From an uncultured Brevinematales bacterium (GTDB lineage Bacteria; Spirochaetota; Brevinematia; Brevinematales; CAZQBT01), in the NCBI GenBank assembly GCA_964591955.1, contig CAZQBT010000001.1, forward strand, positions 371 through 64,370: DNA of 64,000 nucleotides. The letters are read 5' to 3'. Positions 21,019 to 29,316 of the stretch are shown here, piece by piece. The notes beneath the pieces are model-generated. The model was not told the origin of the DNA. It saw only the letters and a list, made by a program, of their open reading frames with translations, and ran no database searches. The first letter of the stretch is position 1. Each line of letters opens with the position of its first letter. The translations under genes were made by a program, and so were the position numbers.

Positions 21019-21504
21019 TCAGGGACGCCCCTCAAGAAGGCGCATAACCTCCGCTTTAACCTCATCCTTGTCCTTGTTCAAAGAAAGGGAAACCTCGCTG
21101 ACAACCATATCAATAGCGCTATGATAGAGTTTTTTTTCGGTGGAGGAAAGTTCCTTGACCTGATTTCTGTCATACAGATTTCTGATTACCTCCGCTATAT
21201 CGCTGAGAAAACCGCTTTTCAACATCTCCTGATGCTTTTTATAACGGACCTTCCAATCCTCATCGGCATCGCTTGTGCCCTTGGCAATAATCTCAAAGCA
21301 ACGCTTAATCTCTTTAGCATCGGCAAGATAACGCATCCCCAGTTCATCAATATTATCGGCGGGTATTTTAATCAAGGTTTCGGTCAAAGGAAATTTAACT
21401 ACATAATAAAGGCGTTTTTCGCCCAAAACCTCAATCTCTTCGATTTTCTCAACCTCACCCGCACCATGATGAGGATAAAATATTTTATCTTTTACGTTAA
21501 ACAT
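21019..21504 (-). CDS. carD: CarD/CdnL-family RNA polymerase-binding regulator
   Basis: 161 aa. The N-terminus MFNVKDKIFYPHHGAGEVEKIEEIEVLGEKRLYYVVKF is the CarD_CdnL_TRCF domain signature. Confidence 0.9.
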   Translation of the reverse strand: MFNVKDKIFYPHHGAGEVEKIEEIEVLGEKRLYYVVKFPLTETLIKIPADNIDELGMRYLADAKEIKRCFEIIAKGTSDADEDWKVRYKKHQEMLKSGFLSDIAEVIRNLYDRNQVKELSSTEKKLYHSAIDMVVSEVSLSLNKDKDEVKAEVMRLLEGRP

Positions 21505-21671
21505 CTCAACCCCTTGTTTCTACCTGTATTATTTTAAAGGAAATTGTAAAAATAGTCAAACTATCAATTACTGAATATCCAACTTTCAGTTAAAACATAT
21601 TCTTGAATTATAGTCAAATACTGGAAATTTACGCCTAAACCGTGTATATTATACATAAGGAGGAAAGTATT

Positions 21672-22415
21672 ATGATTAAATACCTAACCATATTTCTTCT
21701 AATATCGGGGGTTTTACCGTCCATAGCTTCAGCTAACCCCTCGCTGACATTCCTGAACCGGATGCTTTCGGGCGCGGATTTGGAAACGGGTAAAAGCATA
21801 GCCCGTCTATCAGGCGGAAGAGAACTTCTTACGGATAACCCAGCCAACTATGCAATTTACGAAAAACTTGAAGCGCATATCCGAAGTATGAACGCCGGTA
21901 TCCGTAACACTCAGGATATGATTTCATATTACCGATTTATGGATGCCACCTTTGAAACAGTTACCGATACTCTTCAGCGAATCAGGGAACTCGCATTGAG
22001 ACGCTCAAACTCCCTGTTGTCGGATTTCGACAGGAGTATTATAGACGGGGAAATGCTTATGCTCTATGAACATATCCGTTATACCCTGAGTCAGGCGGAA
22101 TTTAACCGCGTAAAGATATTTGCGGACTTGCTTGAATCGGAGGCGTTTAAAGACCTGTTCGCCGATGAAAGATATTATATCCTCGGCAATATAGACCGTA
22201 TGCTGAATTTCTTTCTTAGTGAACGCGCAAATATCGGAGCAAGCGCAAACCGTCTGCAAAGCCAAATAAGGTCGCAGATGATGGAGGTTGAGCAAACCGT
22301 GTCTTTCCAAACCCGCGGCGATACCGATTTCGGTGTCGAGGTGTCGAATTTTTACCGTCAACATCTGAAACTAACGGTAAATATCCTTCTGCTTGAAACG
22401 GAACTCAAGCGATAG
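21672..22415 (+). CDS. Minimal flagellin-fold protein with a predicted Sec signal peptide
   Basis: ATG at 21672 lies 8 nt after AAGGAGG. The N-terminus is MIKYLTIFLLISGVLPSIASA|NP. The flagellin-N pattern is RLSGGRELLTDNPANYAIYEKLEAHIRSMNAGIRNTQDMISYYRFMDATFETVTDTLQRIRELALRRSN. The flagellin-C pattern is ANIGASANRLQSQIRSQ... Confidence 0.7.
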   Translation: MIKYLTIFLLISGVLPSIASANPSLTFLNRMLSGADLETGKSIARLSGGRELLTDNPANYAIYEKLEAHIRSMNAGIRNTQDMISYYRFMDATFETVTDTLQRIRELALRRSNSLLSDFDRSIIDGEMLMLYEHIRYTLSQAEFNRVKIFADLLESEAFKDLFADERYYILGNIDRMLNFFLSERANIGASANRLQSQIRSQMMEVEQTVSFQTRGDTDFGVEVSNFYRQHLKLTVNILLLETELKR

Positions 22416-22517
22416 CGCGTTTTAACCGTAAAAACATAAAAATCCTCGCCCAAACCTAAAACTTTACAATTATATTCCGAAAATAAAACGAGGTTTAATT
22501 CATATTGGGAGAGGAAA

Positions 22518-22970
22518 ATGGCTATACAAAGAACGCTTGCGATAATTAAACCGGATGCATATCAAGCCGGTAACGTTGGAAATATTATCTCAATGATAGA
22601 GGAAAACGGATTTAAAATAATCCATCTGATTCTTTTCAAATTCACACCGAAATCCGCAGGACAATTCTATAAAGTCCACGAGGGCAAGCCGTTTTTCGAC
22701 GGACTTATCGAGTTCATTACCTCCGACAAAGTTATCGCAATGGTTTTGGAAAAAAACAACGCCGTCAAGGAATTAAGAAACCTTATGGGCGCAACCAATC
22801 CCAAAGACGCAGCGCCCGACACTATCCGCGGGAAATACGCTAAAAGTATGCCCGATAACGCCATCCACGGCTCGGACTCCCCCTCAAACGCCCGTAAAGA
22901 GATTACCTATATCTTCGGCGAGTTCGCATCAATACCATCAACGGAAAAAAGTCTCGCTAAAGAGTATTAG
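22518..22970 (+). CDS. ndk: Nucleoside diphosphate kinase
   Basis: 150 aa with TLAIIKPDA and NAIHGSDS motifs. Confidence 0.95.
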   Translation: MAIQRTLAIIKPDAYQAGNVGNIISMIEENGFKIIHLILFKFTPKSAGQFYKVHEGKPFFDGLIEFITSDKVIAMVLEKNNAVKELRNLMGATNPKDAAPDTIRGKYAKSMPDNAIHGSDSPSNARKEITYIFGEFASIPSTEKSLAKEY

Positions 22971-22980
22971 GGGAAAAACC

Positions 22981-23202
22981 TATCGGTCATTTCGCACCAC
23001 ACCAATTTACCATTATTGTAGCACAGGCTTCCAGCCTGTGCCGATACGGTCATCTCGATACACCAAGCCCTTGTGGGCAAGGGCTCGGCACTCGATGACC
23101 GAATTATTACCTATGAAGTCCTTCCTCAAACCAACCGGTTATGGAGTTTTTTGCGAAGCGAAAAGCCTGCCCTGAGCGCAGTCGAAGGGTATCGAGATGA
23201 CC
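22981..23202. repeat. Cluster of REP/MITE-like GC-rich hairpins and inverted repeats
   Basis: Hairpins CACAGGC-ttcca-GCCTGTG and GCCCTTG-tgg-GCAAGGGC are present. A 14-bp perfect inverted repeat pairs GGTCATCTCGATAC (23048-23061) with GTATCGAGATGACC (23189-23202). Two further degenerate GGTCAT-TCG copies occur. The region is noncoding and lies between convergent genes. Confidence 0.5.
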
Positions 23203-23239
23203 AAACCCGTAACCGCTCCCGTTTTCTTGTATAATAAAA

Positions 23240-23265
23240 AAACCGCGCCTTAATAGACGCGGTTT
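23240..23265 (-). terminator. Rho-independent terminator after the second Pmp-like gene
   Basis: AACCGCG-ccttaataga-CGCGGTT hairpin flanked by an A-run (T-run on the minus strand), about 30 nt past the stop at 23295. Confidence 0.55.
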
Positions 23266-23294
23266 ATGTTTATACAAATGATTTAGCTTAAAGG

Positions 23295-25760
23295 TTACCA
23301 GTTCATATCTTCAGGCGTATTTCCGTTTCCCCAGTCGATTGTGCCGATACCCTCCGGGGTGCTGTTGGCATCCCATCTATACACTCCATACCCCGTATTA
23401 TCTTCTATGGTGGGGGAATCAAACGTATGCGTATCATTAGCGGAAGTGTCATAGAAATATACCCCGCCTCCGTTCAGGTCCGCCGTGTTGCCCGATATAG
23501 TCCCGCTTATTGTGTGGCTTGTGCCCTGATGGACATATACACCGCCGCCCCAATCATTAGCCGTGTTGCCTGTTATAGTTGCGTTAATAGTGTGGTTTTC
23601 GCCTCTATCAACAAACATACCGCCACCGTAAGCATTAGCCGTATTGCCCGATATAGTCCCGCTTATTGTATGACTTGTTCCTCTATTCACATACACACCG
23701 CCACCCTCATCTGCCGTATTGCCCGTGATAGTCCCGCTTATTGTGTGGCTTGTGCCCTCATTGACATATACACCGCCGCCCCTACCATTAGCAGCCGTGT
23801 TGCCTGTTATAGTTGCGTTAATAGTGTGGTTTTCACCATATTCTACATACACACCGCCACCGTGAGTACTAGCCGTATTGCCGCTAATAGTCCCGGTAAT
23901 AGTGTGGCTTGTGCCATCCCTCACAAACACACCGCCTCCTTCTTCACCGGTTACCGTATTATCAGTGATATTTGCACTAATAATGTGTCCTGTGCCTTCT
24001 TCCACATACACCCCGCCTCCATATCCATCCGCAGTGTTACCCGATATAGTCCCGCTTATAGTGTGGCTTGTGCCCTGAATGACATATACACCGCCCCCGT
24101 AACCGTCATTTACCGTGTTGCCTGATATAGTTGCGTTAATAATGTGGGTTTCACCATATTCTACAAATACACCGCCTCCGCCGTAATTCGCAGTGTTGTC
24201 CGATATGGTACCGCTAACAGTGTGATTTTCACCATGTTCTACAAATACACCGCCTCCGTCCCAACTCGCAGTGTTGCCCGATATGGTACCGCTTATAGTG
24301 TGGTTTGAGCCGTAATAAACATTCACACCGCCCCCATATTGAGCCGTGTTGTTGGATATGGTACCGCTAACAGTGTGGCCTGTGCCACTCGCGAGATACA
24401 CCCCGCCTCCGTAATTATCTGAGGTGTTACCCGATATGGTCCCGCTTATTGTGTGGCTTTCGCCTCTATCAACAAATACACCGCCCCCTTCCTCCGGTAC
24501 CGTGTTATCTGTGACGGTTGCGCTAATAATATGGTTTGCGCCCTGCGCGAGATACACCCCGCCTCCGTAATTATCTGAGGTGTTACCCGATATGGTACCG
24601 CTCATAGTGTGGCTTGTGCCTAGATGCATATACACCCCGCCTCCGTCATCATCCGCCGTGTTGTTGGATATTACCGTGTTTTGTATAGTATGCCCGCTAC
24701 CTTGATTAATATAAATCCCGGCACCGGAATTATGAACGCTTGTAACTCCATCAGCAAGCCCGCCGCGGATAACAAACCCGTCGATAGTTATATCCTCCAC
24801 GTCGTCAATCCATAGAACATGATATAACCCGGATTCCGCGTCTAATTCACTCTTCCCGTTGCGTTCGGTAAAACTGCTGTTCCATCCGCCGAGGATAGTC
24901 AACCCCGCGACATCTATAAACGCCCCGCTGTATTGATAATCCTCGTTTGCAGTATTCAGACCTTCTCCCGGGGTGTAAACACCTTCCGCCACGTAAATTG
25001 ATAATATACCAAAATCCTGCGCATTTGATATAGCGTTTTGAATACTCTTTAATGGAGCAAGACTTGTTGTTCCGGAATTGGCATCATCCCCCGTAGTGGA
25101 TACAAACATAGTGGGAACGTAATTTATAGTCCATTCAACCGATGCGCTTTTTTCGTTGTCCGAATGTGCGCGCACTATTATTGTATTATCCCCACCGGTA
25201 AGACTTAGGTCTGCCGACCAGCTATCCGTGCCTGTAGCGCTCTCCCAATCTTCCTCGTTAAGTTTTACCTCAACGGAGGTAATAACAAATGGGTCGGCTA
25301 CGCCTGCCGTTCCGCTGAGCGTTATATCAGCCTCATTCACATAAGCTCCGTTATCGTGTGATTGAATTTCGACTGAAGGCGCTGATGGGTCATAATAAAT
25401 AATCCACTCGCCTGATGATGCGGTTTTCCCGTTAGACCCCGTAGCTCTTGCTACAATAGTATTAGTCCCCTCATCAAGAGTAAGTTCAACAGACCACTCG
25501 GTCTTTCCATCCGCCTGTTGCCATTCCGCGTCATTGAGTTTAACCTCAACTTTGGAGATACTTGCAGGCGAGGAGATACTTGCAGTCCCGCTTAAAGTGA
25601 TAACCGCAACGTTTACGGTAGCGCCGTTAGCGGGTGATACAATCGTAACCGAAGGTGTAGGCTTACTATCATCCATATCTTCATCCGCCGGACTACACCC
25701 AAAGAAAACCATCCCTAAACCACCCAACAAAACCATCATTAAAAAAACCAATTTCTTCAT
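23295..25760 (-). CDS. Paralogous Pmp-repeat beta-helix lipoprotein
   Basis: ATG at 25760 follows GGAGG; the track start at 25787 is TTG. Lipobox FFGC is present, with three Ig-like modules, a beta-helix entry region and many GGGV[YF]V repeats. The C-terminus GTIDWGNGNTPEDMNW parallels DTINWGTGNSPANKNW of the 251-3109 protein. Confidence 0.85.
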   Translation of the reverse strand: MKKLVFLMMVLLGGLGMVFFGCSPADEDMDDSKPTPSVTIVSPANGATVNVAVITLSGTASISSPASISKVEVKLNDAEWQQADGKTEWSVELTLDEGTNTIVARATGSNGKTASSGEWIIYYDPSAPSVEIQSHDNGAYVNEADITLSGTAGVADPFVITSVEVKLNEEDWESATGTDSWSADLSLTGGDNTIIVRAHSDNEKSASVEWTINYVPTMFVSTTGDDANSGTTSLAPLKSIQNAISNAQDFGILSIYVAEGVYTPGEGLNTANEDYQYSGAFIDVAGLTILGGWNSSFTERNGKSELDAESGLYHVLWIDDVEDITIDGFVIRGGLADGVTSVHNSGAGIYINQGSGHTIQNTVISNNTADDDGGGVYMHLGTSHTMSGTISGNTSDNYGGGVYLAQGANHIISATVTDNTVPEEGGGVFVDRGESHTISGTISGNTSDNYGGGVYLASGTGHTVSGTISNNTAQYGGGVNVYYGSNHTISGTISGNTASWDGGGVFVEHGENHTVSGTISDNTANYGGGGVFVEYGETHIINATISGNTVNDGYGGGVYVIQGTSHTISGTISGNTADGYGGGVYVEEGTGHIISANITDNTVTGEEGGGVFVRDGTSHTITGTISGNTASTHGGGVYVEYGENHTINATITGNTAANGRGGGVYVNEGTSHTISGTITGNTADEGGGVYVNRGTSHTISGTISGNTANAYGGGMFVDRGENHTINATITGNTANDWGGGVYVHQGTSHTISGTISGNTADLNGGGVYFYDTSANDTHTFDSPTIEDNTGYGVYRWDANSTPEGIGTIDWGNGNTPEDMNW

Positions 25761-25906
25761 AATCAACCTCCTAAAATTTATACCCAAAAAGGATTATGTT
25801 TCCCCGCAAACTTGGAATAAAAAAAATTCGCCACACCGTATAGGCACAACACATAATTATATATCCAATAAATAAATGTTTTTAAATTTCACCCTTTTAT
25901 ATGCGT

Positions 25907-25934
25907 ATTTTACCCCCCCCCCGTAATATGTCAA
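25907..25934 (-). promoter_or_regulatory. Sigma70-type promoter whose spacer contains a G10 homopolymer
   Basis: The minus strand reads TTGACA (25934-25929), then TATTAC plus G10 (a 16-nt spacer; the C-tract on the plus strand is 25913-25922), then TAAAAT (25912-25907). This lies about 140 nt upstream of the ATG at 25760. Confidence 0.6.
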
Positions 25935-26065
25935 ATTTTTTGCTCTAAAATCTTTATTTTTTTTCAAAGCTCACCGCACCGCGCGTTTCTATCTTAACAT
26001 TTGATTTATTCCGGCTTTGCCTTTAAAATATCTGCGGATTTATTATTATCACGGGAGCGGACGTT

Positions 26066-26917
26066 ATGTTTATTAAAATCATCAAGCATGGGTTTTCACG
26101 ATGGTGGGATAAGATGGGATACGCGGTGCTGACGTCCTTTTTGTCGGCGATTAACCCGTTTTTTCTCGCTACTATGGTTTTTATATTGCTCGGTTTGCTT
26201 ATAGAGGATAAATCGGTATTGATTGAAAATATACGGTTAATCCTGATGGTTTTACCGCCGGTGGTTTTGGCGACTGCGGTATTCCCCACAACTTTTGCGG
26301 GAATTGCCGTGCAGAAACAGGTCGCGGAAAACGAGACTATGTATTTCAAGCGGTATTTCCCCGATTATTTTAAACTTTTGTGGAAATTCCTCCCGAAATC
26401 TTTATTGCTCTCGCTTATATATATCGCAGTGGGATTTCTGTTGAGTTACAGCGCGATTTTCTATTTCAGCGTCATTGAAAATATAGTATTCCGCGGTATA
26501 GCGGTGCTTGTGGTTATATGGGTTTACCTGTTTTTGTTACTTTCGAGATTTATACTGATACCGCTTATAATCTACAACCCGGAAATGAAGCTATCCGATG
26601 CCATTAAAATTTCGTTTAAGATAGTGCTTGCCGAGGGATTGGCGATACTGGGAATTGTCATTATCGACTTTCTGGTATGGGTCGCGCTTACAATGACACG
26701 ATTCTTTTTCCTGTTTATATATTACGGTTTATCGGCTAATCTCAGGATTTTTACCCACAAGGAAATTATTGCCAAATACACAAAGAAAGATGAAACGGAT
26801 AATAAGGAAAAGGATTCGGATACCCGCGAGGCGTGGGCGGGAATAATGAAAAAGATGCGCGAAAACTCCGATTCATCCGGTAATATGGAGGACACCGGCA
26901 ATGAAACAAAAAAATAA
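26066..26917 (+). CDS. Polytopic membrane protein of unknown function
   Basis: 283 aa with about 5-6 hydrophobic helices and an acidic/lysine-rich C-terminal tail. GGGAG precedes the ATG. Confidence 0.6.
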   Translation: MFIKIIKHGFSRWWDKMGYAVLTSFLSAINPFFLATMVFILLGLLIEDKSVLIENIRLILMVLPPVVLATAVFPTTFAGIAVQKQVAENETMYFKRYFPDYFKLLWKFLPKSLLLSLIYIAVGFLLSYSAIFYFSVIENIVFRGIAVLVVIWVYLFLLLSRFILIPLIIYNPEMKLSDAIKISFKIVLAEGLAILGIVIIDFLVWVALTMTRFFFLFIYYGLSANLRIFTHKEIIAKYTKKDETDNKEKDSDTREAWAGIMKKMRENSDSSGNMEDTGNETKK

Positions 26918-28343
26918 CGGTAACGGCTTTCTTGAAAGACTGAACCGCTTTGCTGAAAAACTTGAAAGCGAAAAAAAGTTCGACAACCTTATTAAAGAAG
27001 CCGACAATATCAAGTCCTATATTGAAACCGACTTTAAGGAAAAGCCCCTTGAAGAAACCGAGAAAAACGAGTTTTTGGAAACTATATCCGCGCTCATAGA
27101 TAAGATTGAATCAATCAAAATCACCGATGAAGCCGCGCTTCCTAAAAAATCCGCTTTAATAGAACGATTAAGAGAATTAAAAACCCCGCTGACTAAAGCC
27201 CCTGAAAAGAAACCCGATAAAAGCACTGAGGTTATGGAAAGCGTAGAAGACGATAAAAAGAAAATCCAAAGAAAAAACTTTTTAGGACATCTGTTTAAAA
27301 AGGGGCGGGATGGGGATTTTTCATTTTTTAAGAACGGTGTCGGCGGCGTAATAAAAGAATACCGCGACTTCCATAAAGCAAAAGAGGAGACAATCAAGAA
27401 AGCAATCGCCTACGAGACTGTGGTAAGCGGCGCAACCGACACGATAGAATACTATGTCCTGTTAGTGTTGTCCTGCCTCATAGCGACATTCGGGCTTTAT
27501 TTAAACTCGCCTGCGATTATTATAGGCGCGATGATAGTAGCGCCGCTTATGGGGCCTGTATTCGGGTTTTCGGCGGGTATGTTGTGGGGAAGCGGAAAAG
27601 TTATACGGGAGGCGTTTTTCACTCTGATTAAAGGCTCGATTCTCGTCATCTTAATATCCGCTGCGCTGACTTATCTAATTCCCGGTATCTATATAACATC
27701 GGAAATAGCAGCACGTTCAAAGCCGACACTCTTTGATATAATTGTAGCGTTATGCTGTGGATTTGTCGGGGCGTATGCATTTGTCAATAAGCGGGTATCC
27801 TCCGCCGTGCCGGGTGTCGCGGTATCGGTCGCCCTTATGCCTCCGGTATGCACTATCGGAATAGGTCTCGGCTTATTGGATTTTGAACTCGTAAAAGGCG
27901 CGAGTTTGCTTTACGGGGTAAACGTCCTGTGCATATCGCTTGCCGCGCTTATAGTATTCTATCTTATAAAATTGCACCCCGAATCGGATGATAAACGGGA
28001 GTTTCTACGCGCACAGAGACGGGCTATCGGGCATATTCTCGTATCTATACTTCTGCTGATTTTAATAGCCGCGCCACTAACCTACTTTATGATTACATCA
28101 TCAAGAGATAAACGGGAGCAGAGTATAATTACCGATATTATATCAAAAAATCTTCCCGATACAAAAATTTTCTCAATTGATATAAAAAAAGATACGGGAT
28201 ACGAAATCGAGACTATCGCATTATCCGCTTTTTCTATAACAAATTATGCGGCAATAGAGAACGAAATAAGCGAAACACTGGGACAAAAGGTAAGACTTAA
28301 TATATACGAAATAACACGAATAAAAAATCAGGCGGAGAACTAA
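26901..28343 (+). CDS. DUF389-type membrane protein with a long charged N-terminal extension
   Basis: The segment YYVLLVLSCLIATFGLYLNSPAIIIGAMIVAPLMGPVFG matches the DUF389/TIGR00341 hydrophobic core. The N-terminal 170 aa are Lys/Glu-rich. The gene overlaps the upstream gene by 17 nt. Confidence 0.7.
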   Translation: MKQKNNGNGFLERLNRFAEKLESEKKFDNLIKEADNIKSYIETDFKEKPLEETEKNEFLETISALIDKIESIKITDEAALPKKSALIERLRELKTPLTKAPEKKPDKSTEVMESVEDDKKKIQRKNFLGHLFKKGRDGDFSFFKNGVGGVIKEYRDFHKAKEETIKKAIAYETVVSGATDTIEYYVLLVLSCLIATFGLYLNSPAIIIGAMIVAPLMGPVFGFSAGMLWGSGKVIREAFFTLIKGSILVILISAALTYLIPGIYITSEIAARSKPTLFDIIVALCCGFVGAYAFVNKRVSSAVPGVAVSVALMPPVCTIGIGLGLLDFELVKGASLLYGVNVLCISLAALIVFYLIKLHPESDDKREFLRAQRRAIGHILVSILLLILIAAPLTYFMITSSRDKREQSIITDIISKNLPDTKIFSIDIKKDTGYEIETIALSAFSITNYAAIENEISETLGQKVRLNIYEITRIKNQAEN

Positions 28344-28642
28344 AACTCGATAAAGTCGATAATAGGAAGGACAAAAATTTTGCCGTCTCCCCACTCTCCC
28401 GTGCGAAGACTTAGCCGTATCTTTTCGATTGTCTCCTCCGATTCGGTTAAAATATCCAAAGCGATACGCGGCAGATGGGATAACAGGGGTTTTGCCCGTT
28501 TCTCAACATTGCGGATTCTTTCGGGATGGAATCCCGAACCGATTACCTCTTCATAATAAACCGATTTTAATAAATTCTGTGGAATGTCGCGTAATTTAAA
28601 AGGTTTGCATATTATACGTGCGAACTTATAAAAATCCGGCAC
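28340..28642 (-). CDS. P-II (GlnB)-family protein with a divergent T-loop
   Basis: GTG start lies 8 nt after GGGAG and 2 nt after the upstream stop. ARIICKPFKLRDI aligns to the P-II N-terminus, and RTGEWGDGKIFVLPI matches the P-II TGxxGDGKIFV signature. The T-loop has similar length but lacks the GAEY tyrosine. Confidence 0.65.
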   Translation of the reverse strand: MPDFYKFARIICKPFKLRDIPQNLLKSVYYEEVIGSGFHPERIRNVEKRAKPLLSHLPRIALDILTESEETIEKIRLSLRTGEWGDGKIFVLPIIDFIEF

Positions 28643-28644
28643 TT

Positions 28645-29307
28645 TTAAATCTCCCGTTCCTGTTCCTGAAGTTTACGTTTATTTTTCACGAGACGCGCAA
28701 TATCATTAAGATTTTTCACAACAAGTTTACCCGGTTCGCGGGCGAGTCGTCCCATATTAACATAGCGGGTAATATGGATTTCACAATCACGGGTTTGAAG
28801 CCCGCACCAGTGAGCAATAGTCTCGGTAGTAACCCCGTCGAGAGGAACCGGCTCCATACTGTTGTAATTGTAAGGGTCAATACCTTTACGCTCAACAAGC
28901 ATCAAAACGGTATCCAGAACTTTAGCCTCATCCTCGTTAAGCGAAAGGATACGAAGCCTGCGTTGCGCATCGAAAATTCGCGTGGAAAGAATTTTAATCA
29001 GAGAAAGCGCCCACTGTGGGTTGGATGCAAGAAGCTCAAAGAAATTATGTTTTTGAAGCGCCACTAATGTAACATCGGTCTGCGCCACGGCAGTTGCGCT
29101 TCTCGGAGCATCCTCTATTATAGCCATTTCGCCGAAAATAGACGGGGGTTCAAATACATCAAGGGTTTTCTCCTTGTTATCCTGAATCTTTGTAACAATT
29201 ACCTTACCCTCTTTGACGATATAAAACTCCTCACCCTTTTCGTATTCGCAAAATATTATATCGCCTGCTTTGAAACTTTTTTCGTATCTGCCTAAAACCT
29301 CATCCAT
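28645..29307 (-). CDS. Crp/Fnr-family cNMP-binding transcriptional regulator
   Basis: 220 aa. The cNMP-binding domain is FGEMAIIEDAPRSATAVA, with a C-terminal HTH-like region. Confidence 0.85.
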   Translation of the reverse strand: MDEVLGRYEKSFKAGDIIFCEYEKGEEFYIVKEGKVIVTKIQDNKEKTLDVFEPPSIFGEMAIIEDAPRSATAVAQTDVTLVALQKHNFFELLASNPQWALSLIKILSTRIFDAQRRLRILSLNEDEAKVLDTVLMLVERKGIDPYNYNSMEPVPLDGVTTETIAHWCGLQTRDCEIHITRYVNMGRLAREPGKLVVKNLNDIARLVKNKRKLQEQEREI

Positions 29308-29316
29308 AAAAACCCC

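Noticed and set aside
23427-24125. 232-aa plus-strand ORF, with a smaller neighbour at 23878-24078, inside the second Pmp-like gene.
   Set aside because: It is antisense to a well-supported 821-aa coding frame, and its repetitive Cys/Ala/Tyr-rich translation arises from the repeat periodicity.
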